Source: a virus
Lineage: Duplodnaviria; Caudoviricetes
Length of the DNA stretch: 53,558 nt
Reading direction: 5' to 3' (one strand)
IMG/VR virus record: IMGVR_UViG_3300033562_000211
Span: 1 to 53,558 of that record
The position numbers and the translations under genes are program-made. The stretch's first letter is position 1. Every line of letters begins with the position of its first letter. Shown here one piece after another: positions 29,283 to 39,139 of the stretch. The notes under the pieces were generated by a model that had not been told where the DNA came from, ran no database searches, and saw nothing but the letters and a program-made list of their open reading frames with translations.

Positions 29283-29854
29283 GTGTTGGAGGAATTGGTT
29301 CGCCTGTTGCTCTTTGTTTAGCAAAGATGGGATTTGATAACATCACTGTTTATGACTTTGATACTATTGAACCACACAATATACCTAATCAATTCCATTA
29401 TCCTCATAATATGGGAAGACCTAAAGTTGATTCTATGTGTGAATTAGTAGAAGACTTAACAAACTCTACTCTTCATACAAAGAATACTAAACTGACACTA
29501 GACTCTCCTGACTTATATGGTATTGTAATCTGTGCAATAGACAATATGCCAGAGAGAAAAGTAATCCTTAACCTATGTGACATGGCTGAACTATTCATTG
29601 ATGCAAGAATGTCAGCAGAAAAGTACTCAGTTACAACAATCAATCCTCGTCTTAGTCAAGACATAGATTTCTTCAATGAAGGATACTATGAAGAGGGAGA
29701 TCAAGAACCATGTACTGCTAGAGCAATTATGTATTGTCCAATGGCAATAGCAGGAGACATAGGTTCAATAGTCAAAAGACACATAATGAGTCAGAAGTAT
29801 CCACGGTTTATGTATCGTGATTTACTTGCTGATAAACAAATAATAAGATACTAG
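29216..29854 (+). CDS. E1/ThiF-family adenylyltransferase
   Basis: RQ, IIGVGGIGS, DFDTIEPHNIPNQ, PKV, AIDN, DARM, candidate catalytic Cys in EPCTA. Confidence 0.92.
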   Translation: MDKTRQKDLLREEECSRPISIIGVGGIGSPVALCLAKMGFDNITVYDFDTIEPHNIPNQFHYPHNMGRPKVDSMCELVEDLTNSTLHTKNTKLTLDSPDLYGIVICAIDNMPERKVILNLCDMAELFIDARMSAEKYSVTTINPRLSQDIDFFNEGYYEEGDQEPCTARAIMYCPMAIAGDIGSIVKRHIMSQKYPRFMYRDLLADKQIIRY

Positions 29855-29866
29855 AAAGGAACTACT

Positions 29867-30340
29867 ATGCCAACACCTGCTAAAGAAATCATTACAGAAC
29901 AAGTCGGAGAACTAACTGTAGAACTACTACCAGAGACTGAGTACAAAAGAACTGAAGAAGGAGTACTAATCCTTAAAGATGGTAAACCACAGAAGTTAAT
30001 CACACGTGATGTCTATTGGACAAACGAAAGACTAGAAGAGACAACCCCAAAGGAATACGTTACCAGAGAGTTGATCAATTCACTCACAACTTACAAGGCA
30101 AACAAGCTCCGCATTGGGCTCATTCAAGGCGTTTTAAAGTTTATCAATGATTCCATGCCAAACAATGCAAAACCTCACAAATGCCCTGTTTGTAAACAAA
30201 CTGAGCTGATTAAAATTGAACTTGATGGAGACCGGTACAAAATCTATTGCTCCAATCCAGCTCACGCTTCACTTCAGATGCAACTTCAGGGAGTTGGAAA
30301 CGAAGAAGAGGCAATCAAGAACTGGAACATAGTCATGTAG
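29867..30340 (+). CDS. Protein with a C-terminal Lar-like zinc finger
   Basis: KCPVCK...YKIYCSNPAH...EEEAIKNWN. Confidence 0.55.
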   Translation: MPTPAKEIITEQVGELTVELLPETEYKRTEEGVLILKDGKPQKLITRDVYWTNERLEETTPKEYVTRELINSLTTYKANKLRIGLIQGVLKFINDSMPNNAKPHKCPVCKQTELIKIELDGDRYKIYCSNPAHASLQMQLQGVGNEEEAIKNWNIVM

Positions 30341-30368
30341 TCACTTTTGAGACAATCCCTTACCATTC

Positions 30369-30417
30369 TATCATGGTGAGGGAGAATCTCAATTAAACGC
30401 AAGTTTGACAGCAAATT
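30369..30417 (+). repeat. Dispersed gapped motif, weak copy
   Basis: TATCATG, TAAACG at offset +25 and GCAAATT at +42, the same offsets as the strong copies. Confidence 0.45.
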
Positions 30418-30429
30418 TAGAGGTCGAAA

Positions 30430-31293
30430 ATGAATGTCGATAAAATTTCCAGACTAATGAATATAAGGAAACTCTTTGTCCTATTATACACACGAGCAGG
30501 ATTTGGAAAAACTACATCCTTATTAAACTTAGAATGGGAAAGAGTACTATATATAACAACAGAATCTGGATTCAGAGTTTTACAAGGTATGTTAGTTCTC
30601 ATAGAGAAACTTTATGATGAAGCTATACTCACATCTAAAGAAGAGACTCTGGCTAAATTCAAATCAGAAAGACCAGACATGTCTGATCAGTTATTGGAGA
30701 CCTATAATACAGCATTAACACATAGGTTAAGTAAACCTAAAGACTATCTATTAGAGATAGACCACATTAGTGTTGACTGTCAACAGGATCTCTTCTCAAA
30801 GACTATATGGGATGCTTATAATGAAAAAGCAATGTTCCATGGTATAGACATGTCAAAGAAAGATATCATAGTAGTCGATACAATCACATACTATTCAGAT
30901 ATTGTAGTAAAGGAAAGACAGATAGCAAATGCAAACAATAATAACAAATTTGCAACATGGGCAGAACATGCTACAGCTATTAAAACCTTACTAGACAATC
31001 TAGTAGTATTAAGAGGTATTAAAGTAGTAATTGGTCATGAAGGTTACGATAAAGACTTAAAGAAGAGAACATTAGCTCTTCAAGGTGATGCTGTTAAGAC
31101 AGATATCTCAGGTAGATTTAACGTAGTCCTATATGGCACAGAACTAAAAGATGAAGATACAAACAAGACAACTCGTGTCTTTATAACTAATCCAGACATC
31201 ATCCAAGAAAAGGTTGATGCTAAATCACAGGATCCAAGACTTAGTGAAATTGAAGATATGGATCTAGCTAAAATATTATATAAACTCTCATAA
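30430..31293 (+). CDS. AAA_24 / Sak4-like ATPase (recombinase)
   Basis: LYTRAGFGKTT Walker A, IIVVDTIT Walker B, VIGHE. Confidence 0.8.
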   Translation: MNVDKISRLMNIRKLFVLLYTRAGFGKTTSLLNLEWERVLYITTESGFRVLQGMLVLIEKLYDEAILTSKEETLAKFKSERPDMSDQLLETYNTALTHRLSKPKDYLLEIDHISVDCQQDLFSKTIWDAYNEKAMFHGIDMSKKDIIVVDTITYYSDIVVKERQIANANNNNKFATWAEHATAIKTLLDNLVVLRGIKVVIGHEGYDKDLKKRTLALQGDAVKTDISGRFNVVLYGTELKDEDTNKTTRVFITNPDIIQEKVDAKSQDPRLSEIEDMDLAKILYKLS

Positions 31294-31302
31294 GGAGAAA
31301 TT

Positions 31303-31788
31303 ATGCCTTCAGTTTACGTACCTAAATACTATTTTCCAATTACTCTAGTTGGATACATTGTTGAATCATCTAAAGACGGTAAATATAGCTTTGAAAAGCT
31401 ACTTTATACCACAGTAAAGAAAGATGGAACAGTATCCAAAGACTGTAAATTAACAATCACAGATGGAAACCGTGCTTGTCTAAAAGGAATTGAAATCTCA
31501 TTAACACCAATCCTGGGAGCAATCTCTACATGGGAAGCTCGTATTGGTACAAGATTCTCTATTCAATGTAAAGCTATGCTTATGGCAAGTAAACTTGATC
31601 CAGAAGGAATGCGTGAATTAGCTCTTCATGCAACTAAACCTACAATTCTGTTAGCTGATACTCCAGATGTAGCTTGGACAGAAGCAGAAGTTGAAGCAAT
31701 TAGACCAGTAGGTAGAAAGCCTTCAGAAAAAGGAGCGGCTCCAGATGCATCAGCTCCACCAGTAGTAAACAATTCAAGTGACTACTAG
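31303..31788 (+). CDS. Hypothetical protein, possible ssDNA-binding protein
   Basis: Follows the Sak4-like gene; flexible C-terminal tail; called on position. Confidence 0.35.
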   Translation: MPSVYVPKYYFPITLVGYIVESSKDGKYSFEKLLYTTVKKDGTVSKDCKLTITDGNRACLKGIEISLTPILGAISTWEARIGTRFSIQCKAMLMASKLDPEGMRELALHATKPTILLADTPDVAWTEAEVEAIRPVGRKPSEKGAAPDASAPPVVNNSSDY

Positions 31789-31801
31789 ATAATTCTCGTA
31801 T

Positions 31802-31829
31802 AAGGAGTACTTAGGTACTCCTTCTTTTT
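31802..31829 (+). terminator. Intrinsic terminator
   Basis: AAGGAGTAC-ttag-GTACTCCTT-CTTTTT. Confidence 0.7.
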
Positions 31830-31848
31830 ATTTAAATAAGGAGAAGAT

Positions 31849-33822
31849 ATGAGAATATTCTCACCTAATCTATATGATCGTTCTATTAAAACTATAGAAG
31901 AAATAGCTCACTATTTATATTCAGGAGATAAACCTTTAACAGGACATATCTCTATTGGAGCATATACAGATGAGTTAATACAATATTCAGCTTCTAATGG
32001 TAATTCAGTAGCTCAATATAATGGGGTTATGAATGGAACAATCATACCAATAGACTTTGATCTAAGAATAGATAAGCTAGAAGAAGAAGCAGTTAAAGTA
32101 AATTGTCTCTCTGGTGATCTATTACCAAGATACTTGGATCAATCAATGTTAATTCTACAACCTATACTTGAAGAATGGGATACATTAGGAATAGAATATT
32201 ATTACTTCTTCTCAGGTAATAAAGGATTTACAATATATCTCTCATCTGCTCATTTAATGAACAAAGAAATATATGAAGAAAGATTTGATTTATTATGTAA
32301 ATCTACAATAGACTTATTAAGAAGTAAGTATCCTACATTAAACAATAATTATTTTTTAATAGATACTCAACCATATAACAGAGTAGGAATGCTAAGAGCA
32401 CCCTTCACTGAACATGAGAAGTCTAAAAAGAATAAGTATATGTTAATACCTAAAGTTCCTAAGACTCACGGTCTAATGTCATCTTATAATCAAGTAGGTA
32501 AAGTATGGCAAGAGTCTAAGAAGATATATCCTCAAATACTTAAACAAATCTTTTCAGAGAAACAACCATCTTCTATAATACTAGGTGTGTTGCAAGACGT
32601 AAGAGCAACAACAGTTACACAAGAGATTAAAGTTTACACTAAACCATACTTAATGGAACATTGTATATGGACTATGTGGAAAAATTCTCTCTCATCTTCA
32701 CAAGGAAGAGAAGTAACGGGAATGCGTATTGCATCATGGGCTAGTAAAAGAGGGTTGACACCAGCTATGGCTATGCAACAACTACAAGAATGGAATCAAG
32801 GACTATCAGGTAAAGGATCATTAGGCAAGCCTGAACTTGATAACATAATGAAGAAGTATGGTAAGTATAGCTATAATTTCTGTAAAGATGATTTATCATT
32901 AGAATTCTGTTGTAAATCTAAAGAATGTCAATATTGGCAAGCAGCAGAAGGAACTAAAGATATAGAATCTACGGAAAACAATATAAAGCTATTAGACCAA
33001 TTTGATCATGCAGACAAATCAGATGCAATACAATGGAACTCTATATTCCCTGGATTAAGAGGTATATTCTATCCTCAATTTGGTCATATAGGAACTATAG
33101 GTGCTGCATCAGGAGTAGGCAAAACAGAAGCCCTCTTAACTCTCATGTTAGAGAACTCTCATGTATATTGGATATTCTGGTCTTATGAACAACCAATAAT
33201 AGAGTTAATGGGTAGAGCAAGAGATATTCTTGGGCTTAATGGAGTAAACAATTGGATGGAGATACTCCATGAAAAGACTAAGCATATATTCTTTATTCGT
33301 AATGGATCTATATGTTTACAAGATCAAATGATAATAAAGAGAAATTTAGAACAAATACACAATATTCGTATCAAAGCTATGGGATCAGATTACATGGGTA
33401 TTATACCAGTACGTAATCTTGATACGGGAAAGATAATGAATAATGAAGAAAACTCTATTCCAGCAGCAGCTAAGATTATAAAAGATGAAGCATTCAGAGA
33501 GCAAGTATGTCACTTTGTTACAGTACAACCTACAAAGGAATACTCAGCTCATGGAGCTCTACTCTTAGAACCAGAACATATAAAATATGGTCAAAGTATC
33601 CAGAGTATGTCTGATGGACAGGTAACACTATCCAGACCAAACATATTAAAAGATAATGATTGTATGTGTGCTTTTGAAACTAAGTCTAGAGGTGCTAAAT
33701 CTAGATCAATATCTGTTGTAGAACTAAAAGATAATCATATAATTATGCCAATACTTTACACTAAGCCATTCAAGCTATTCAGAACAATAGAAGAGTGGAA
33801 CAAAGCATTAAAGGCGTTATAA
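31849..33822 (+). CDS. Primase-helicase (AEP/PrimPol, PriCT and SF4-like helicase)
   Basis: PIDFD, FSGNKGF, LRAPFTEHEKS; Cys cluster; GAASGVGKT; SYEQ; DYMG. Confidence 0.8.
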   Translation: MRIFSPNLYDRSIKTIEEIAHYLYSGDKPLTGHISIGAYTDELIQYSASNGNSVAQYNGVMNGTIIPIDFDLRIDKLEEEAVKVNCLSGDLLPRYLDQSMLILQPILEEWDTLGIEYYYFFSGNKGFTIYLSSAHLMNKEIYEERFDLLCKSTIDLLRSKYPTLNNNYFLIDTQPYNRVGMLRAPFTEHEKSKKNKYMLIPKVPKTHGLMSSYNQVGKVWQESKKIYPQILKQIFSEKQPSSIILGVLQDVRATTVTQEIKVYTKPYLMEHCIWTMWKNSLSSSQGREVTGMRIASWASKRGLTPAMAMQQLQEWNQGLSGKGSLGKPELDNIMKKYGKYSYNFCKDDLSLEFCCKSKECQYWQAAEGTKDIESTENNIKLLDQFDHADKSDAIQWNSIFPGLRGIFYPQFGHIGTIGAASGVGKTEALLTLMLENSHVYWIFWSYEQPIIELMGRARDILGLNGVNNWMEILHEKTKHIFFIRNGSICLQDQMIIKRNLEQIHNIRIKAMGSDYMGIIPVRNLDTGKIMNNEENSIPAAAKIIKDEAFREQVCHFVTVQPTKEYSAHGALLLEPEHIKYGQSIQSMSDGQVTLSRPNILKDNDCMCAFETKSRGAKSRSISVVELKDNHIIMPILYTKPFKLFRTIEEWNKALKAL

Positions 33823-34193
33823 TGAATGAATTAGTCTATACTAAAATACCTATGGTTATAGAGTCTCCTAATGATCTAACATTTGAACAATGTAAATCCA
33901 TAATGGAGACTAACAGCCTATATTATATCATAGTTGATCCAATAAGAAACTATGCAGAATTAAAAGCATTATTCTATACAGAAGGATATAAATGGATTAA
34001 AGAACAATCATTTACATCTTTCTATTTAGATGAAGTAAAAGCATTCAAATGTTCATGGGATTTTAAATGGATACAAATCAACCCTACTTTAGGAGACAAT
34101 CAACTCATATTGACTACAATTAATAAATGCTTTCCAGAAGGATTTATCTTCTATGTGGGAAATGAGATATTGGACAGAAAGGGAATAATATGA
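33822..34193 (+). CDS. Hypothetical protein
   Basis: ATG coupled to the primase-helicase stop. Confidence 0.55.
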   Translation: MNELVYTKIPMVIESPNDLTFEQCKSIMETNSLYYIIVDPIRNYAELKALFYTEGYKWIKEQSFTSFYLDEVKAFKCSWDFKWIQINPTLGDNQLILTTINKCFPEGFIFYVGNEILDRKGII

Positions 34194-34507
34194 CACTTGA
34201 TTATGTAATAGCAAAAAAAATAATAGAGTCTTCTAGAACAATTGAAGAAGCAAGCCTATCAATTAAAGATAGAGGATATGAAGTTGATCAAAAAACACTA
34301 ATATCTCTATGGGATGCTATTAAAGGAACTGAAACTAGAATGAAACAACCAAAGATAACAAAGAGTAAGCCTAAGACTACACAGATGGTTACAGGTTTAC
34401 TAAACGTACACTCACACCTATTAGCACTTCTATCAGAAATTAAACCAATTCCAGAATGTAAAGCAATCTTTGACAAATATTTGAAAATAGTCAAAGAGGA
34501 ATTTTAG
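34190..34507 (+). CDS. Hypothetical protein
   Basis: ATGA-coupled ORF. Confidence 0.55.
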   Translation: MTLDYVIAKKIIESSRTIEEASLSIKDRGYEVDQKTLISLWDAIKGTETRMKQPKITKSKPKTTQMVTGLLNVHSHLLALLSEIKPIPECKAIFDKYLKIVKEEF

Positions 34508-34545
34508 TCAAAACTCAAAGCCATGCGGGGCAATTTGAAAACTTT

Positions 34546-34604
34546 ATGGAGTATTTATCATGAACTAATCAAATGCCCTCAAAATGGCTAAAAAGGGGCA
34601 AATT
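34546..34604 (+). repeat. Dispersed gapped motif, copy 2, within a phased A-tract region
   Basis: ATGGAGTATTTATCATGA-N17-AAAATGGCT-N8-GCAAATT. Confidence 0.8.
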
Positions 34605-34852
34605 CAAAAAATCAAAATCTGAACTTTTGAAACCGAAAATCTGGAAAATCAAAATTGGATAAATTCAAAAGGGAATGCCTCAAATCAATCAAATTTCAGC
34701 AAAATTCAGAATCCGCAAGCAATCTGTCACAAAATTTCAAAACAGCTAAAAACAGCCCAAAATTGATCTAATCTAAGAGGTGATAAAAAGTATGGTAATG
34801 CATACACCTTTATGCGTTACAATAATTTTTCCAACATCTTCAATAAGAAAAG

Positions 34853-34881
34853 TTGACAAACATAAAAAAATATTGTATCTT
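34853..34881 (+). promoter_or_regulatory. Sigma70-like promoter
   Basis: TTGACA-17 nt-TATCTT, upstream of AGGAG RBS and ATG 34907. Confidence 0.7.
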
Positions 34882-34906
34882 TCATTAAATTAACCAGGAG
34901 TGAAAA

Positions 34907-36343
34907 ATGAATATATGGATTAGCGATCGTATTCCTATTTCTCTAATGAAAGAATGGAATATTAATAAAGTAATTACCATAAAAGCAGGAACAGGAAGAG
35001 GAAAATCAGTATGGGCTATGAAGCAATTATATGAACATGCTAAACAAATGAATAGAAGAATACTTATATTGCAGAATAGAAGAGCAGCAGAAAGTCAATT
35101 CATAAGAACTATAATAAAAGACTCTAAACAAGATGTTATAACAGTATCTAAATATCAAAATCTCGAAATGAAACTGATAAGTTTAGAACCTTATTATTAT
35201 ATAGTATGTGATGAAGCTCATTACTTTGCAACAGACTGTGCATTTAATCCTAAAACAGATATATCTTACAAAGAAATAATAAAACATGTAGGATTAAAAC
35301 AAATAATATTTATGACTGCAACTGGAGAAGGGATATTTGAAATGGTTAAAAAAGAATTTGAAGTTATATCTTATGATTTTGGATCTGATTATTCTGGAAT
35401 AAATGGAATAACAATGTTTAATACAAAAGATTACATTGAAAACAAGTTATCTACATTAACACAAACAGGTGGTAAAGCATTAATATTTTTAGATAAATTA
35501 GAGAATCTAATTGAAATGTTTGGAATATTTAAAGACAGGTCAATGCTAGTATGTGCTCAATCAAGACCAGAATACAAAGATTTAATAGATGAATCATTAG
35601 TCGAATCAATGACAAATACAGCAAAAATGCAAAAACAATTCTTATTCGCTACATCAGCATTAGATACTGGATTTAATTTAGAAGATGATACTATAACAGA
35701 TGTATTTTGTGCTTCTCCAGATATATTTAAAATAGTACAATGGATTGGTAGAGTGAGAATACAGCAAGGACAAAAAATACATGTGCATATTAAACATGTA
35801 AACAAATATCAAGCAATAGCAAAATTGAAAGATTTGCAAGAAACAAAAGCAAAATTAGATGCTTTATACAGAGATATTGATGAATGGAAAGAAATGGTTT
35901 ATAAAACACAAATAGATCATAAAATGTTCTCGCTTCCACCTAGATCAAATGAAATAGAAATAAATATAATGGCTGAAGCAAGATTATTAAGGCAAATAGA
36001 ATTCTATACAATGATTATTAAAAAAGATAATTTTATAGAAGAAATAGAAAAAGAATTTAAAATAAAAATAAAATTCTATGAAAGAATACAAGAGAATAAT
36101 AATCTAAAAGAAGTATTGCATAGCTATTTATATCTAAAACTTATTGGAAAAGAAACAACAAAAGAGTTCTATAATAAACTAGGATTGAAAAAAAAGTATC
36201 AAGATGGAAGTTATACTTTAATAGTAAAACCAAATGAAGCAAATGAAAGAATAGATGAGCTTGGATATAAAATAATCAAAGGAACATCTAGGAAAGGCAA
36301 TTATATTCAAGTAGTAAAACTAAGAGAGGAAGAAAATGGATAA
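34907..36343 (+). CDS. SF2 DExH helicase
   Basis: AGTGRGKS, VCDEAH, MTAT, ATSALDTG, QWIGRVR. Confidence 0.88.
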   Translation: MNIWISDRIPISLMKEWNINKVITIKAGTGRGKSVWAMKQLYEHAKQMNRRILILQNRRAAESQFIRTIIKDSKQDVITVSKYQNLEMKLISLEPYYYIVCDEAHYFATDCAFNPKTDISYKEIIKHVGLKQIIFMTATGEGIFEMVKKEFEVISYDFGSDYSGINGITMFNTKDYIENKLSTLTQTGGKALIFLDKLENLIEMFGIFKDRSMLVCAQSRPEYKDLIDESLVESMTNTAKMQKQFLFATSALDTGFNLEDDTITDVFCASPDIFKIVQWIGRVRIQQGQKIHVHIKHVNKYQAIAKLKDLQETKAKLDALYRDIDEWKEMVYKTQIDHKMFSLPPRSNEIEINIMAEARLLRQIEFYTMIIKKDNFIEEIEKEFKIKIKFYERIQENNNLKEVLHSYLYLKLIGKETTKEFYNKLGLKKKYQDGSYTLIVKPNEANERIDELGYKIIKGTSRKGNYIQVVKLREEENG

Positions 36344-36463
36344 ATGTATCGAATGTATCAATTTCAGAGGACCAGATGGATAATTTTGAAGAACGATTAA
36401 ACAATATCTATTTAGCCATTATAATTTTATTAGTAATGAGTCTTATGTCAAGATAGGAGTAAT

Positions 36464-36892
36464 ATGAAAATAAGAGAGATAGTAAATAAAGAGTTATTTG
36501 AAAAACTTCTCTTATTAAGACCAGCATATTATGATGGTTCTGTAGAAGAAGGTTATAGAGATAAGCTCTTTAAGAAGATTAAATCACTATTAACACCAGA
36601 GTATAAAATAGAGTTTTATCATCATAATAAGAAACATGAAAGAATAGAATTGTATTTCTTCAATAAAAAAAGTGGATACAATAGTGACTGGATAGAAGTG
36701 TATAAGACTCAACCAATACATAAAGGTGAGGATATAGACGATACAGAGATTAAGTTCAGAAACAACAACTCTGGTAAATTACCTAATCCAATAAGAATAA
36801 GAAAAGATTTAATAGTAAATAACAAACCATTCTCTATCCATGATATAATGGATGAGATAACCTATAATGCAGACGATGATCTGCCATTCTAA
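36464..36892 (+). CDS. Hypothetical protein with an SSB-like C-terminal tip
   Basis: Ends in DDDLPF. Confidence 0.55.
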   Translation: MKIREIVNKELFEKLLLLRPAYYDGSVEEGYRDKLFKKIKSLLTPEYKIEFYHHNKKHERIELYFFNKKSGYNSDWIEVYKTQPIHKGEDIDDTEIKFRNNNSGKLPNPIRIRKDLIVNNKPFSIHDIMDEITYNADDDLPF

Positions 36893-36901
36893 GGAGAATA
36901 T

Positions 36902-37165
36902 ATGCAAGAAGAACAAATAGTAGAAGCACCAGAAACAAAGATCCATTCTAGTGGAGAGATTGCAATGTGGATCATCGAAAAGATGAGAACATTAGGAGCT
37001 AAGAAGTCAACACTTCAACAAACAAAAGAAGTGTTGGCGTACCTAAGAGGGGCATTCTATAGAGAATGGAAAGAGGAGTTTGTAAGGGTAGCTAAAGAAA
37101 GAGAAACTCAACAAGAACTAAAACCAGAAGAGGTCGTTCATGGCGAAACCATTATTAATCAATGA
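36902..37165 (+). CDS. Hypothetical protein
   Basis: AAGGAG RBS. Confidence 0.55.
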   Translation: MQEEQIVEAPETKIHSSGEIAMWIIEKMRTLGAKKSTLQQTKEVLAYLRGAFYREWKEEFVRVAKERETQQELKPEEVVHGETIINQ

Positions 37166-38234
37166 TATTCAATTACCAAGACCTCTATATGATGCAATGA
37201 GTAATGATGAATACAGTCCAGGAAACTCTGATTATACACCATCTTCTTTATGTCAAGGAACAAAAGAATATTGGGGTAAAAGAAGAAACAAAGGATTAAA
37301 AAGATATGCATCTAAATTATGGGCTTCATTTACTGGAACAGCAATGCATAAAGGATTAGAATACATGTTAAGATCAATCTATAAGTGTGACTTATATGGA
37401 AAGATCTTTGAAAGTATGGATCCTTGCAGAGAAGCAATATCTAAGAATATTACAAATTGTAAAGAATGTCCTTATATAAAGGTAATCAAGTTATCAGTAT
37501 ATAAGACAGAGGTTCACCTAGAAGTAAAATTCAATCAAACAGCTAAAACTCTAAGATTGCCTGAAGAAAAGATCATTGGTGGAACAATAGACTTAATAGA
37601 GGTTGACAATGAAATAATCATCTGGGATTATAAAACAATGTCAACCACACAGTACATTGATGATAACAAAATTGCAGAATGGACAATCAAAGGTAATATA
37701 TATGTATGGCTACTAATGATGACTAAGACAATAGGTAAAATAAACCATCTTAGATACATACCTATATTTAAAGATTGGACAACAACTAAAGCAGAAAGAT
37801 CAAGAGATGTGACAGACATACCGGCTCCTACAATTCCATTAGAAATATGGAGTAGAGCAAAGGTTGAAGAATTTATCTATACTCAAGTAATGAGACATGA
37901 AGCATCTAAAGATACTCCATTAGATGAAATACCTTACTGTACAATGGAAGAGAGATGGGAAAAACCAACTCAATATAAAGCTCTTAAGTTTACTGATGGT
38001 GTACCAGGAAAGAAAGCATCAGCAGTTAAAGCAACACAAGATGAGATCATAGACTTCATAAACAGTAAGAAACCAAAGAAGAATGAATGCTATATGTGTC
38101 AAGAATTTAAAGGAAGACCAACAAGATGTATGGGTTGGTGTGATTTAGGAAACAATGGTTTATGTGACTATAAACAATTATACCTAGATTCACTTAAGGC
38201 AACTCCATTTGATGAAGACGATTCAGAAGAATAG
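37140..38234 (+). CDS. PD-(D/E)XK (Cas4/RecB-like) nuclease
   Basis: TPSSL, GTAMH, GTIDLI...IWDYKT, C-terminal RC..WC...C. Confidence 0.82.
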   Translation: MAKPLLINDIQLPRPLYDAMSNDEYSPGNSDYTPSSLCQGTKEYWGKRRNKGLKRYASKLWASFTGTAMHKGLEYMLRSIYKCDLYGKIFESMDPCREAISKNITNCKECPYIKVIKLSVYKTEVHLEVKFNQTAKTLRLPEEKIIGGTIDLIEVDNEIIIWDYKTMSTTQYIDDNKIAEWTIKGNIYVWLLMMTKTIGKINHLRYIPIFKDWTTTKAERSRDVTDIPAPTIPLEIWSRAKVEEFIYTQVMRHEASKDTPLDEIPYCTMEERWEKPTQYKALKFTDGVPGKKASAVKATQDEIIDFINSKKPKKNECYMCQEFKGRPTRCMGWCDLGNNGLCDYKQLYLDSLKATPFDEDDSEE

Positions 38235-38319
38235 ATAAATAGCCTTAGTTTTTGTTACGCTTAATGGTTTTACTACCTGTACCATTATGAAAGACTAAGG
38301 CTTAACTTTAGGAGAACAA

Positions 38320-38544
38320 ATGGAAGAAAACAATAAGTATTTCCTAATATCTGAAACAAACTATCGTAAAGATATGCAACAGCTACAGAACAGATTATTG
38401 GGAATAATGTTAAAGAATTCAATGGAGAATTCATCTAAAAGAGATGAAACATTAGTCAAATCATTAAGACAACTAATGAATGACATAGAAGAGAATGTTA
38501 TGAAAAGTAAATTTGCTAAACCGGAGGAAGTATGCCAAACATAA
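38320..38544 (+). CDS. Hypothetical protein
   Basis: AGGAG RBS. Confidence 0.5.
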   Translation: MEENNKYFLISETNYRKDMQQLQNRLLGIMLKNSMENSSKRDETLVKSLRQLMNDIEENVMKSKFAKPEEVCQT

Positions 38545-38771
38545 ATCTTAATCAAGGAGCAGAATATTTCTGTGATCAACAAATGATAGATCTAGAATAT
38601 GATTCTGATTCATGCTATATTAATCCACATGTAGATAAATGCAGACAATGTTATGCATTCTGCAAGCAAGATTATACAGCTAAGATAAGAGATGAAAAAC
38701 AGAAACAATTCATTAGCCCAGATAGTATGAAATGGGAAAAAATAACTATATGGGAACAAGAAAGGGAATAA
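38532..38771 (+). CDS. Hypothetical Cys-rich protein
   Basis: GGAGG RBS. Confidence 0.5.
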   Translation: MPNINLNQGAEYFCDQQMIDLEYDSDSCYINPHVDKCRQCYAFCKQDYTAKIRDEKQKQFISPDSMKWEKITIWEQERE

Positions 38772-38772
38772 T

Positions 38773-39138
38773 ATGAATTACTTATTCTTATACCTACTAA
38801 CAATATTAGATTCAATTTTATTATTTATATCATTTGTATTTGTATTTACTTTAACATTTGAAATATTAAAGTTTTTCCTATACGTGATGGGAGAACAAGA
38901 TAATAAAATGTATTTAGTACTAAAATCAAAAACCATACTAACAAGAATATTGTTAGCGATATCCATATTGATAATAACGTTTGTTCCAAGTAAAAACGAC
39001 ACAATTACAATATTGGTAGAAGGGAAAACATTAAACTATGTTCAACAAGATTCTACATTACAAAAGATACCAGAACAGTCAACTAAATTAGTTTATGAGT
39101 TTATTAATAAACAAATAAAGGAATTAGAAAGGAAATAA
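38773..39138 (+). CDS. Two-TM membrane protein
   Basis: Two hydrophobic segments; FVPSK motif. Confidence 0.55.
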   Translation: MNYLFLYLLTILDSILLFISFVFVFTLTFEILKFFLYVMGEQDNKMYLVLKSKTILTRILLAISILIITFVPSKNDTITILVEGKTLNYVQQDSTLQKIPEQSTKLVYEFINKQIKELERK

Positions 39139-39139
39139 T

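Noticed and set aside
29216-29854. ThiF as a thiamine or molybdopterin biosynthesis gene
   Set aside because: No ThiG, ThiS-pathway or Moa genes nearby; its neighbours are E2 and JAB
34541-34566. dif/Xer site (TTATCATGAACT resembles a XerD arm)
   Set aside because: Arm length and the 11-6-11 geometry do not fit, and no tyrosine recombinase is seen
37140-38234. Cas4-like gene as part of a CRISPR-Cas system
   Set aside because: No other cas genes or array; standalone PD-(D/E)XK nucleases are routine in phage replication modules
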